The notes below the pieces were generated by a model that saw only the letters and a list, made by a program, of their open reading frames with translations, was not told where the DNA came from and made no database searches. From the NCBI GenBank assembly GCA_040767195.1, contig JAXGPA010000001.1:800001-864000 (forward strand): a DNA stretch of 64,000 bases, given 5' to 3'. The first letter of the stretch is position 1; every line of letters starts with the position of its first letter. Both the position numbers and the translations under genes were made by a program. The stretch is from Syntrophales bacterium (lineage in GTDB: Bacteria > Desulfobacterota > Syntrophia > Syntrophales > UBA6807). This document shows positions 11,577 to 21,065 of the stretch, in pieces.

Positions 11577-12729
11577 CACCTCCCCGGCATCACATGGCGG
11601 AAAAAAGGTTCTTATCGTGGCCGGCGAAGCCTCGGGAGACCTCCATGGATCCAGCCTGGTCCGGGAAATGCGGACGCTAAGACCTTCCCTTCGGTTCTAC
11701 GGAATCGGCGGAGAACGGATGAAAAAAGCCGGGGTCGACCTGGTGGCCGCCTCCGCCGACATGGCCGTCGTCGGGCTTACCGAGGTCGTCGGGAAGCTTC
11801 CTTTCATCCTGGGAATCCTGAAACGGCTGAAAGCCTCCCTGGTGACGGAAAAGCCGGACCTGGTCATCCTCATCGACTATCCCGACTTCAATCTCCCCCT
11901 TGCCCGGTGGGCCTGCCGAAAGGGAATCCCCGTCTTTTACTACATCAGTCCGCAGGTCTGGGCCTGGCGGCGGCGCAGAGTGAAGAAAATCAAAAAATAC
12001 GTGCGCCGCATGGCCGTCATTCTCCCTTTCGAAAAGGCCCTTTACGAGGAGGCGGGCATGCCGGACGTTCACTTCGCCGGGCACCCTCTCCTGGATGTGG
12101 TGAAATCGAGCTTTTCACCTGAGGAAATCCGTCGACGCCTTGAAGTGAAAGAGAAACAACATCTTGTCGCCCTTCTCCCGGGGAGCCGGACGGGAGAGGT
12201 GAAAACGCTCCTTCCCGTGATGATCGAAACGGCCCGGCGTCTCAAGGCGCATCTGCCCGATCTCGTGTTTGCCGTCCCCCTGGCCGAAACGGTGCCGGAA
12301 CGGGTGGTCTCGGACATCATCGGAAAGCCGGAAATCCCTGTCCGTGTCATCCCCAATCATGTTTATGACCTGCTGGCGGTGGCCGACGGGGCCCTGGTGG
12401 CATCGGGCACGGCAACGCTCGAGACGGCTCTCATGGGAACCCCCATGGCGGTCCTGTACCGGGTCTCCCCCATTTCCTACTTCATCGGCCGGCTGGTCAT
12501 CCGGATCCGCTCCATCGCTCTTGTCAACATCGTCGCCGGAAGGACCATCGTTCCCGAATTCATTCAAAAACAGGCGGAACCGGAAGCCATGTCCCGGGCA
12601 CTCCTGAAAATCCTCACCGACAGCACCGTCAGAAAAAGGATGTCTGATGATCTGAGAACCCTGCGGGAGAAGCTGGGAGAACCGGGCGCGGGAAAACGGG
12701 TTGCACAACTGGCCCTGGATCTTCTATAA
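11554..12729 (+). CDS. lpxB: Lipid-A-disaccharide synthase
   Basis: VAGEASGDLHG, IDYPDFN, YYISPQVWAWR, LLPGSR, SGTATLE. Confidence 0.97.
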   Translation: MSSTRSPDTSPASHGGKKVLIVAGEASGDLHGSSLVREMRTLRPSLRFYGIGGERMKKAGVDLVAASADMAVVGLTEVVGKLPFILGILKRLKASLVTEKPDLVILIDYPDFNLPLARWACRKGIPVFYYISPQVWAWRRRRVKKIKKYVRRMAVILPFEKALYEEAGMPDVHFAGHPLLDVVKSSFSPEEIRRRLEVKEKQHLVALLPGSRTGEVKTLLPVMIETARRLKAHLPDLVFAVPLAETVPERVVSDIIGKPEIPVRVIPNHVYDLLAVADGALVASGTATLETALMGTPMAVLYRVSPISYFIGRLVIRIRSIALVNIVAGRTIVPEFIQKQAEPEAMSRALLKILTDSTVRKRMSDDLRTLREKLGEPGAGKRVAQLALDLL

Positions 12730-12800
12730 GTAGAAAAGTCTTCCAGGACCGCTCGTTGCGATAAAAAAAGTTTCTCACTGTAACGGGAAGGCATTTTTTC

Positions 12801-14546
12801 ATGACCGTTTTCAGACGCCTCCTCAGACTGGCCACACCACACACGGGGAAGTTTCTCATCGCCCTCGTTCTCATGCTCGTCGTCGGCCTCACCACGGCGG
12901 CCCTGGCCTTCCTTGTCAAACCCGCCCTGGACGACATTTTCTTCCAGAAAAAGGCTGCCATGCTCTACCTCATCCCCCTGGCCATCCTGGCCATCTACTT
13001 CGTCAAGGGGATCTGCACCTACGGCCAGGCCGTCCTCATGAACTACATCGGGCAGAGAATCGTCATGGATCTCAGGAACGATCTCTACAACCACATCCAC
13101 CGCCAGTCCCTGGCCTTCTTTCACAAAAACCCCACGGGCATGCTCATGTCCCGGATCACCAACGACGTCACCCTCATTCAGAGCGCTGTCTCGGAGGCCC
13201 TGACGAGCCTCCTGAAAGACTCCTTTTCCCTCATCGGGCTTGTTTTCGTCATCTTCTACAGGGATTGGAAACTCGCCATCATCGCCGCCTTCGTCTTCCC
13301 GCTGACGATTTATCCCATCGCCAAGTTCGGCGAGAAACTGCGGAAGGTGGCCACGGGCACCCAGGTGACCCTGGGAAGCCTGTCCAACCTCCTCCAGGAA
13401 ACCATCTCGGGCATCCGAATCGTCAAGGCCTTCGGGATGGAACGTTACGAGGGAAAGCGTTTCGGCCGGGAAAACGAGGAGCTTTTCCACCTTTTCATGA
13501 AATCGGCCTCCATCAGGGCCGTCTCGGGACCTTTCATGGAATTCCTCGGCGGCCTCGGCATCGCCGCCATCGTCTTCTACGGCGGGTACCAGGTCATCCA
13601 GGGCACTTCCACACCGGGAACGTTCTTTTCCTTCCTGACGGCCCTCATCATGCTTTACGAGCCGGTGAAACGCCTCACCAACGTGAACAACACGATACAG
13701 CAGGGAATCGCCGGCGCCGCCCGGGTCTTCGAGATTCTCGACATGGAGCCGGACATCGCGAATGCCGAAGGAGCCGTCCCCCTGCCCCCCGTCCGGGGGG
13801 AAATCCGCCTGGAAAACGTTTCCTTCCGATACGAGGAAGCCCCGGTCCTGAAAAACATCAACCTGGCCATCCGGCCCGGTGAAATCGTGGCCTTCGTGGG
13901 ATCCAGCGGTGCCGGCAAGACGACCCTGGCCAATCTCATTCCCCGGTTCTATGACATCACCGAGGGCCGGATCCTCCTGGACGGCCTGGACATCCGGACG
14001 GTGACCCTGGAATCCTTGCGGACCCAGATCGCCATGGTGACCCAGCAGACCATCCTTTTCAACGACACGGTGAGAAACAATATCGCGTACGGGGATGTCG
14101 GGAAAGACGACGACGCCGTCATCGAGGCCGCCCGGGCGGCAAACGCCCATCACTTCATCGAACAGCTCCCCGAGGGATACGACACCATGATCGGCGAGCA
14201 GGGGGTCCGCCTTTCCGGGGGGGAACGGCAGCGGCTCACCATCGCCCGGGCCATCCTGAGGGACGCCCCTGTCCTCATCCTCGACGAAGCCACCTCCTCC
14301 CTGGACACGGAATCGGAAAGGGAAGTCCAGGTGGCCATAGACAACCTCATGCGGGGCCGGACGACCCTGGTCATCGCCCACCGGTTGTCCACCATCCAGC
14401 ATGCCGACAGGATCTGCGTTCTCGCCGGAGGCCGCATTGTCGAGGAAGGAACCCACGAAGAACTCCTCCAGAAGGAAGGCGAGTACAGCCGCCTTTACAC
14501 TCTCCAGTTCCGGGAACCGAAAGAAGGCCTGGCGGCGGGAATCTGA
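12801..14546 (+). CDS. msbA: Lipid A export ABC transporter permease/ATP-binding protein
   Basis: TM domain plus NBD (GSSGAGKTT, LSGGERQR, LILDEATSSLD, IAHRLST) inside the lpx operon. Confidence 0.92.
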   Translation: MTVFRRLLRLATPHTGKFLIALVLMLVVGLTTAALAFLVKPALDDIFFQKKAAMLYLIPLAILAIYFVKGICTYGQAVLMNYIGQRIVMDLRNDLYNHIHRQSLAFFHKNPTGMLMSRITNDVTLIQSAVSEALTSLLKDSFSLIGLVFVIFYRDWKLAIIAAFVFPLTIYPIAKFGEKLRKVATGTQVTLGSLSNLLQETISGIRIVKAFGMERYEGKRFGRENEELFHLFMKSASIRAVSGPFMEFLGGLGIAAIVFYGGYQVIQGTSTPGTFFSFLTALIMLYEPVKRLTNVNNTIQQGIAGAARVFEILDMEPDIANAEGAVPLPPVRGEIRLENVSFRYEEAPVLKNINLAIRPGEIVAFVGSSGAGKTTLANLIPRFYDITEGRILLDGLDIRTVTLESLRTQIAMVTQQTILFNDTVRNNIAYGDVGKDDDAVIEAARAANAHHFIEQLPEGYDTMIGEQGVRLSGGERQRLTIARAILRDAPVLILDEATSSLDTESEREVQVAIDNLMRGRTTLVIAHRLSTIQHADRICVLAGGRIVEEGTHEELLQKEGEYSRLYTLQFREPKEGLAAGI

Positions 14547-14574
14547 AAAGGCGGGAGAAAAGGCTTTTCGAAGC

Positions 14575-15681
14575 ATGAGACGACAGGTATGGAAAGACCA
14601 TGGTATCCAGGCGACCGCCTCCCCCGGAACGGGCGGTTCGCCTTCCCGGTCCCTGATGACCCTGCTCCGCGGCCTGTCTCTCCTTTACGAGGGAACCGTC
14701 CGGTATCGGAACCGCCTCTATGACGGGAAAATCCTTCACCCGGTGAGGCTTCCCCGCCCGGTGGTGTGCGTGGGAAATCTCACCACCGGGGGGACGGGCA
14801 AAACGCCCATGATCCTCCATCTCGCCCGTTTCTACCAGGACCGGGGATACCGGCCGGCGGTGATAAGCCGGGGCTATGGAAGCCGGGGAGCGAACCGGGT
14901 GAACGTCGTTTCCGACGGAAAGGCGGTCCTTCTCGACCCGGACAGGGCGGGTGACGAGCCGTATCTCATGGCCCGGTTCCTGGGGAACGTCCCCGTCGTC
15001 ACCGGGGCGAAACGGGTCGAGGCGGGATACGAGGCCCTGAAACGGTTCCGGCCGGACATTCTGCTCCTAGACGACGGGTTCCAGCACCGAAAGATCGGAC
15101 GGGACCTCGACATTCTTCTCATGGACGAGAAATCCCCCTTCGGCAACGGCCATCTGCTTCCCCGGGGGATACTCCGGGAGCCCCCGGAAAGTCTCTCCCG
15201 GGCGGACGCCATCATTCTGACAGGAGCCGGGGAAACAGGAGGGGCACCGGTGGCCACCGATCCCCGGATTCCCGGTGAAAAACCTCTTTTCCGGGCCCAC
15301 CGGAAAGGGGAATCCTTCATCCGCGGGAGGGAAAACATCCGCCGCCCCCTGGCGGATTTCAGGGGAAAACCCCTGGTGGCCTTTTCGGGAATCGCCGCCC
15401 CCCGGTCCTTTCACAGGATGCTGACCCAAATTTCGGGAAGCGCCCCGGCCTGCATCACGTTTCCGGACCATCACCGGTACACCCGGCAGGATGTGGACCG
15501 ACTCCGCCGGGTCGCCGGCCGCGTTCCCGGGGCCGTCCTCGTCACCACGGAAAAGGACGGCGTCAGACTGGAAAAATTCCCCGATTTCCATGAAGAATGC
15601 CATCGTCTCCGGATCGTCATGACCCTCGATGACGGAAACGAGGCCTTTGAAGACCTGCTCCTGGGGGTTCTGTCATCGTGA
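14575..15681 (+). CDS. lpxK: Tetraacyldisaccharide 4'-kinase
   Basis: VGNLTTGGTGKTP, SRGYG, GDEP, LLDDGFQH, LLPRGILREP, FPDHH, TTEKD; start estimated at ATG 14575. Confidence 0.96.
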   Translation: MRRQVWKDHGIQATASPGTGGSPSRSLMTLLRGLSLLYEGTVRYRNRLYDGKILHPVRLPRPVVCVGNLTTGGTGKTPMILHLARFYQDRGYRPAVISRGYGSRGANRVNVVSDGKAVLLDPDRAGDEPYLMARFLGNVPVVTGAKRVEAGYEALKRFRPDILLLDDGFQHRKIGRDLDILLMDEKSPFGNGHLLPRGILREPPESLSRADAIILTGAGETGGAPVATDPRIPGEKPLFRAHRKGESFIRGRENIRRPLADFRGKPLVAFSGIAAPRSFHRMLTQISGSAPACITFPDHHRYTRQDVDRLRRVAGRVPGAVLVTTEKDGVRLEKFPDFHEECHRLRIVMTLDDGNEAFEDLLLGVLSS

Positions 15682-16562
15682 CCATGACCCGTTCGACCCG
15701 ATTCATCCTCCTCACCTTCCGGGTTTTGCCCCTGCGGGCACGGAAAAAATTTTTCCGGGCCCTGTTTCTCCTTTATTACCGGTTTTCCCCGCGGCACCGG
15801 CTCATCACCCTCAATAATCTCCTGCGGGCTTTTCCGGAAAAAGGGACCGGCGAAATCTCCCGGATCGGGAGAAGCGTTTTCCGTAACATGGGCACCGTGG
15901 CAGCCGAATTCTTCGAAATCCCGACCTACCAGCCGGGCGAACTGCCCCCCGGGGTGATATTCACGGGCCGGGAATACTACGAGAATGCCCTGGCCAGGGG
16001 GAAGGGCTGCCTCTTTTTCACCGGCCATCTGGGCAACTGGGAACTCATGTCTGTGGCCATGGGCTTCGTGGGCATTCACGCCAACATCGTCTACCGCCGC
16101 CTCGACAACCCCGTGCTGGAAAATGTGGTCCTCTGGTTCCGAAGCATCACGGGACACCGGATGATCCCCAAGGGGGGCGCATCGGAAGCCATCCGGTCGC
16201 TCCTCAGGAACAACCAGGCGGTGGCCATTCTCATGGACCAGAACGTCGCCTGGCGTGAAGGGGTCTTCGTTAATTTCTTCGGACGCCCCGCCGCTACGAC
16301 CCGGGGCGTGGCCGGTTTCGCCCTGGACACGGGCGCCGCCGTCGTCCCAGCCCTCAATGTCCGGCAGGCCGATGGAACCTATCACGTCATCATGGGGCCG
16401 GAGATCCCCGTCACCCGCACAGGCGACCGGAAGCGAGACCTCGTGGAAAACACCCAGGCCTTCACATCCTACCTGGAAGGGTTCATCCGCCAATACCCCG
16501 ACCAGTGGTTCTGGCCGCACCAGCGCTGGAAGACAAAGCCTTACGAGGTCACGGCATGGTGA
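15678..16562 (+). CDS. lpxL: Lipid A secondary acyltransferase (LpxL/HtrB family)
   Basis: HLGNWE, YRRLDNP, MDQN..GVFVNFFG, IRQYPDQWFWPHQRWK. Confidence 0.88.
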   Translation: MTMTRSTRFILLTFRVLPLRARKKFFRALFLLYYRFSPRHRLITLNNLLRAFPEKGTGEISRIGRSVFRNMGTVAAEFFEIPTYQPGELPPGVIFTGREYYENALARGKGCLFFTGHLGNWELMSVAMGFVGIHANIVYRRLDNPVLENVVLWFRSITGHRMIPKGGASEAIRSLLRNNQAVAILMDQNVAWREGVFVNFFGRPAATTRGVAGFALDTGAAVVPALNVRQADGTYHVIMGPEIPVTRTGDRKRDLVENTQAFTSYLEGFIRQYPDQWFWPHQRWKTKPYEVTAW

Positions 16563-17638
16563 AACGGACGCATCCCGGAACCGTTCCCTTCGCCGATCTC
16601 GAGCGGATTCTCGTCCGCGGAACAAACTGGATCGGAGACGTGGTCATGACCCTTCCGGCCCTCCGGGCCATCCGCAAAAGCGCCCCACGGGCCCGGATCA
16701 CCATTCTCGTGAAACCCTGGGTGGCCGATCTCTTCGACCTGTGCCCCGACGTGGACGAGGTCATGATCTATGAAGCCCCGGGCATCCATGAAGGCCTCCC
16801 GGGAAAATGGCGGCTCGCCCGTTCTCTCGCAGAGAAAGACTTTCAGGCGGCCGTTCTTCTCCAGAACGCCTTCGAGGCGGCCCTCATCGCCCGCCTTGCC
16901 GGAATCCCCATCCGGGCGGGATACGGAACCGACGGAAGAAGGCTGCTTCTGACCCACCCGGTGAAACGGGAAAGGGCGATCCTGAAACGCCACCAGATCC
17001 ACTATTACCTGGAAATGATCAAGGCCCTGGGCGGCCGGGGGGATGCCGGCCCGACGGTCCGGCTTTTCCCGGGACAGGACGCGGGTGCCGAAACCCGTGA
17101 GATTCTTCGGGCACACGGCATGACCGAGGAGATGCCCCTGCTGGGCATCGCCCCCGGAGCGACCTATGGACCTGCAAAAATGTGGTTCGCCGAACGGTAC
17201 GCCGCCGTGGCGGACCGTCTCGCCGACGAATACGGCCTCAAGACCGTCCTTTTCGGCAGCGGGGCGGACAGGCCCGTGGCCGAACGGGTGGCCGGGGCCG
17301 GGCGGCATTCCATGATCAACCTGGCGGGATCGACGTCCCTGAGAGAGGCGATGGCGGTCATCTCCCGCTGCCGGCTCTTCCTTTCCAACGACTCGGGCCT
17401 CATGCACCTGGCCGGGGCCTTCGGGATCCCGCTGGTTGCCGTTTTCGGATCCACCAATCCCCGAACCACCTCTCCCGTGGGGGAAAAAAGCGTGGTCATC
17501 ACGAAGAACGTCTCCTGCAGCCCCTGCCTGAAAAAAACCTGCCCCACCGATTTCCGGTGCATGAAAGAAATCACGGAGGAAGACGTGCATGAGGCGGCGG
17601 CCTCCCTGCTGAACCACGAGGAGGACTTCCCGGCATGA
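16556..17638 (+). CDS. waaF: LPS heptosyltransferase II (GT9)
   Basis: ILVRGTNWIGDVVMT, PGATYGPAKMW, SNDSGLMHLA, FGSTNP. Confidence 0.92.
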   Translation: MVKRTHPGTVPFADLERILVRGTNWIGDVVMTLPALRAIRKSAPRARITILVKPWVADLFDLCPDVDEVMIYEAPGIHEGLPGKWRLARSLAEKDFQAAVLLQNAFEAALIARLAGIPIRAGYGTDGRRLLLTHPVKRERAILKRHQIHYYLEMIKALGGRGDAGPTVRLFPGQDAGAETREILRAHGMTEEMPLLGIAPGATYGPAKMWFAERYAAVADRLADEYGLKTVLFGSGADRPVAERVAGAGRHSMINLAGSTSLREAMAVISRCRLFLSNDSGLMHLAGAFGIPLVAVFGSTNPRTTSPVGEKSVVITKNVSCSPCLKKTCPTDFRCMKEITEEDVHEAAASLLNHEEDFPA

Positions 17639-18195
17639 GCGGTAACGGCGCGGTATTTCTTGACCGGGACGGGACGATCCACGAGGAAGTCGGCTATCTG
17701 AACCGGCTGGAACAGCTGAAGCTCTTTCCCGGGACGGCGGAAGCCGTCGCCCTCATCCATGAAATGGGACGGAAAGCCGTGGTGGTGACGAACCAGTCCG
17801 GCGTGGCCCGAGGCTTTTTCGACGAGGGGTTCCTTCACGAAGTGCACGGGGAAATAAACGCGAGGCTGGAAAAGGAAGGAACGCGAATCGACGCCTTTTA
17901 CTACTGTCCCCACCACCCTCAGTTCGGCACCCCTCCTTACAGAAAAGACTGCGACTGCAGAAAGCCGAACCCGGGCCTTTTCTTCAGGGCCGCCGCCGAC
18001 CTGGGAATCGACCTTCACCGGTCCTACATGATCGGTGACATGCTGAAGGACATGGAGGCGGCCCGACACGCCGGCGTCGGGGGCATCCTGGTCAGGACGG
18101 GTTACGGTGCCAACATCCTCCGGGCCGACCGGGTCCTTTACAGGGCCGACGATATCCTCGACGCTGTCCGGTGGATCCGGGAAAGGGAATCATGA
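17635..18195 (+). CDS. gmhB: D-glycero-D-manno-heptose-1,7-bisphosphate phosphatase
   Basis: FLDRDGT, VTNQSGVARG, YYCPHHP..CDCRKPNPG, IGD. Confidence 0.95.
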   Translation: MSGNGAVFLDRDGTIHEEVGYLNRLEQLKLFPGTAEAVALIHEMGRKAVVVTNQSGVARGFFDEGFLHEVHGEINARLEKEGTRIDAFYYCPHHPQFGTPPYRKDCDCRKPNPGLFFRAAADLGIDLHRSYMIGDMLKDMEAARHAGVGGILVRTGYGANILRADRVLYRADDILDAVRWIRERES

Positions 18196-19286
18196 ATATC
18201 CTCATGGTCAAGCTGAGCGCCATCGGGGATGTCATCCACACCCTTCCATCCCTGGCCGCGCTGAGAAAGCGTTACCCCGGGGCCCACATCACCTGGGTCG
18301 TGGAAGAGGGAGCTTCCGACCTTCTGGCGGGCCACCCCTGCCTGGACCGGGTCATCGTGTCCCGGAGAAAAACCTGGGCCTCCCATATCCGGAAAGGCCG
18401 GCACCTTCCGGAAACCCTTAAAGAAATAAAAACATTTCTGGGCGACTTACGGGACCGGCGCTACGACCTGGTCATCGATTTTCACGGCCTTCTGAAAAGC
18501 GCGGTCCTCGTTTTTCTATCCTCGGGAAAACGCCGGGTCGGATACGACAGTCTCCAGGAATTGAGCGGCCTTTTCTACAATGAAAAGATAGACGAGGACA
18601 TGGGAAAGCACGCCGTCCTGAGATACCTCGACTTTGTTTCTCACCTGGGCGGCGATCCCCGAAATCCCCGTTTCGATATTCCCGAGGACGAAGGTAACAG
18701 GACCCGGGTGGACCAGCTTCTCCGGCAGTCGGGACTGGCTCCCGGAACCCCTTTTTTCGCCCTCAATCCGGTCGCCTACTGGAAAACCAAACTCTGGGAC
18801 AGTGAAAAATTCGGGGAGCTCTGCCGCCGAATCACGGACGAGATGAACATTCCCGTCGTTCTCACGGGCAGCCGGTCCGACGGTATCCTCGGGGACATCG
18901 AGGCCCTCTGCCCCCGGTCGGTCAACCTGGGGGGTCAAACGACACTGAAGGACCTGGCCTGCCTTTACCGGCGGTCGTCCCTGGTGATCACGACGGACTC
19001 GGGGCCCATGCATCTGGCCGCCGCCGTGGGAACCCCGACGATCGCCCTTTTCGGCCCCACCGACCCGATCAGGACCGGTCCCTTCGGTGAAAATCACATC
19101 GTCATCAGGAAAAACCTCCCCTGCAGCCCCTGCTTTCTCAAAAAATGCGACCGCATGGACTGCATGAGGGAGATCACCGTTCAGGAAGTTCTCGACGCGG
19201 TCAAACTTTCGGCGGAGGGCAGATTGCCGGGGAAAACAAAGAAGAGGGACCGCTCTCTTTTGAAATCAGAGACCAAAGGAGGATGA
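18192..19286 (+). CDS. waaC: GT9 heptosyltransferase, WaaC-like
   Basis: ILMVKLSAIGDVIHTLP, DFHGLLKS, DSGPMHLAAAVG, LFGPT. Confidence 0.75.
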   Translation: MNILMVKLSAIGDVIHTLPSLAALRKRYPGAHITWVVEEGASDLLAGHPCLDRVIVSRRKTWASHIRKGRHLPETLKEIKTFLGDLRDRRYDLVIDFHGLLKSAVLVFLSSGKRRVGYDSLQELSGLFYNEKIDEDMGKHAVLRYLDFVSHLGGDPRNPRFDIPEDEGNRTRVDQLLRQSGLAPGTPFFALNPVAYWKTKLWDSEKFGELCRRITDEMNIPVVLTGSRSDGILGDIEALCPRSVNLGGQTTLKDLACLYRRSSLVITTDSGPMHLAAAVGTPTIALFGPTDPIRTGPFGENHIVIRKNLPCSPCFLKKCDRMDCMREITVQEVLDAVKLSAEGRLPGKTKKRDRSLLKSETKGG

Positions 19287-19291
19287 AAACG

Positions 19292-19489
19292 ATGGCGATC
19301 AGGAAAGAACTCCTGGACATCCTGGCATGCCCCAAGTGCAAGGGTGACATCGTCCTCAACGACCAGAAAGACGGCCTCATCTGTCATCACTGCCGTCTTC
19401 TCTACCGGATCGAGGACGATATCCCCATCATGCTCATCGACGAGGCTGTCCCCCTGGACCCGCCTTCTCAGAGCCCGGAAAAGCCTTGA
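19292..19489 (+). CDS. Trm112/YcaR family small protein
   Basis: LLDILACPKCKG...LICHHCRLLYRIEDDIPIMLIDEA; GGAGG SD at 19278-19282. Confidence 0.92.
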   Translation: MAIRKELLDILACPKCKGDIVLNDQKDGLICHHCRLLYRIEDDIPIMLIDEAVPLDPPSQSPEKP

Positions 19490-19671
19490 AGACCTTCTCC
19501 CATGAGAGACGCCTCAATCTTGTGGATGCCTGAACAAAGAAAAGGGCAAAACCCCGCATGACACGTTTCAACCATGCCCCCTATCCACAAGGCCCGGCAC
19601 CGGCATCGGAACTGGAGATGCCACGGTAACGGGAGGAGGCATGGGGTCATCCTGAAAAACCCCTGAAACGA

Positions 19672-19709
19672 ATTGTGGGGAATTGGATTTAATCCCAATT
19701 CCCCACAAT
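19672..19709. terminator. Perfect 15-bp hairpin, probable terminator downstream of tRNA-Leu
   Basis: ATTGTGGGGAATTGG-(8 nt)-CCAATTCCCCACAAT, about 25 nt 3' of the tRNA-Leu CCA, between convergent units. Confidence 0.6.
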
Positions 19710-19733
19710 CACGAAGGATGTTGTTTTTTAAAA

Positions 19734-19819
19734 TGGTGCCGAAGCCGGGACTTGAACCCGGACGGGCTTCCCCACTACCCCCTCAAGATAGCGTGTCTAC
19801 CAAATTCCACCACTTCGGC
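19734..19819 (-). tRNA. tRNA-Leu(GAG)
   Basis: Reverse complement GCCGAAGTGGTGGAATTTGGTAGACACG-CTATC-TTGAGGG-GGTAG-long variable arm-CCGGGTTCAAGTCCCGG-CTTCGGC-ACCA; usual position after secG. Confidence 0.97.
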
Positions 19820-19899
19820 ATTTGCGTAAAAAGTCTATTTTCTTTTATGTTTTTTGTCAATACAAAAGTGAGCGGGAACGCGTTTAAACGCCTTATCCA

Positions 19900-20286
19900 C
19901 TACTTCGTTCCACCCGTGTTTTCGCTTCCCGTTTCTGCTGGTTGTGCCGGCTGAACGGGTACCGCCGCAGGGGATGCTTCTCCCTTTCCGCTATCCGACG
20001 GCGGCAGGGTCTGCTCCACCGCGGAAGGAACCGACACATCCTCCATCACCGACGGAACCTTGTGAACGGCGACATAGGCGAGCCACAAGGACGTGAGCAT
20101 GAAAACCGTGGCGATGACCGTCGTCATCTTACCCAGAAAAGTCGTCGGGCCGCTGCTTCCGAAAATGGTCTGGCTGGAACCGCCGAAAGCCGCCCCCATG
20201 TCCGCCCCGCGACCGCTCTGCAGGAGAACGATCATAATGAGCAGCAGACATATAATTACATGAATGACCGTAATAAGAATGAACAA
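19900..20286 (-). CDS. secG: Preprotein translocase subunit SecG
   Basis: VLLQSGRGADMGAAFGGSSQTIFGSSG between two TM helices. Confidence 0.97.
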   Translation of the reverse strand: MFILITVIHVIICLLLIMIVLLQSGRGADMGAAFGGSSQTIFGSSGPTTFLGKMTTVIATVFMLTSLWLAYVAVHKVPSVMEDVSVPSAVEQTLPPSDSGKGEASPAAVPVQPAQPAETGSENTGGTK

Positions 20287-20306
20287 AGCCTTCTATCTCC
20301 TTACTG

Positions 20307-21065
20307 TTATTGTAATGGGCACCGGGCAATTCCGAGGAAAGATTCAACGTCCAGGCTGGCCCCGCCCACCAGAACCCCCTGGATATCGGGCATGCCCATG
20401 AGTTCTTTTATGTTCGATTCCTTGACGCTTCCGCCGTATAAAATTCTCACGGACCGGGCGGCCTCCGCGCCGTAAAGTTCACGGAGCCGCTTCCGGATGA
20501 AACGGTGAACCTCCTGGGCCTCGTCAGGCGTCGCCGTTTTTCCCGTTCCGATGGCCCACACGGGCTCATAGGCTATTGTGAGCGCCTTTATATCACCGGG
20601 AGAAATATTATTCAATCCCCCCGTCAACTGTTTTCCGACAACGTTGAAGGTCCTCTCCCGCTCCCGTTCTTCCAGGGTCTCCCCGATGCAGACCAGCGGC
20701 TTCAGGTGGTGTTGGAGAGCGGCTTTTACCTTGTAATTCACCATTTCGTCGCTTTCCCCGAAGAGATGGCGCCTTTCCGAGTGGCCGAGGATGACCCATG
20801 TGCAGCCGGCGTCGAGAAGCATGTTCGGGGAGATTTCGCCCGTGAAGGCCCCTTTTTCCTCCCAGTGCATGTTCTGGCCGGCCAGGGAAACGGCGGAATC
20901 CCGGCAGGCGAGGGAAACAGCGGAAAGAGCGGTGTAGGGCGGTGCCAGAAGGACCTCCCGGTCCGAAAGGGATGCGATGGACTCTGTCAGCTTCCGGGCG
21001 AACGAAACGGCCTCCCCGACGGTTTTATTCATCTTCCAGTTTGCGGCGAAAACAGGCTTTTCCAT
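20307..21065 (-). CDS. tpiA: Triosephosphate isomerase
   Basis: ANWKMN, GAFTGEIS, LGHSERR, AYEPVWAIGTG, LYGGSV, LVGGASL. Confidence 0.98.
   Translation of the reverse strand: MEKPVFAANWKMNKTVGEAVSFARKLTESIASLSDREVLLAPPYTALSAVSLACRDSAVSLAGQNMHWEEKGAFTGEISPNMLLDAGCTWVILGHSERRHLFGESDEMVNYKVKAALQHHLKPLVCIGETLEERERERTFNVVGKQLTGGLNNISPGDIKALTIAYEPVWAIGTGKTATPDEAQEVHRFIRKRLRELYGAEAARSVRILYGGSVKESNIKELMGMPDIQGVLVGGASLDVESFLGIARCPLQ

Noticed and set aside
11594..11610. Out-of-frame ATG before an A6 run that would give MAEKKVLIVAGE for LpxB with one more A (possible slippage or phase variation)
   Set aside because: An in-frame ATG at 11554 gives a complete LpxB, the alternative ATG has no SD, and A6 is short. 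Read mapping would settle it.
19540..19580. GGGCAAAACCC resembling the start of a c-di-GMP-I riboswitch
   Set aside because: The rest of the motif is not evident, and the site lies between convergent 3' ends rather than in a leader.
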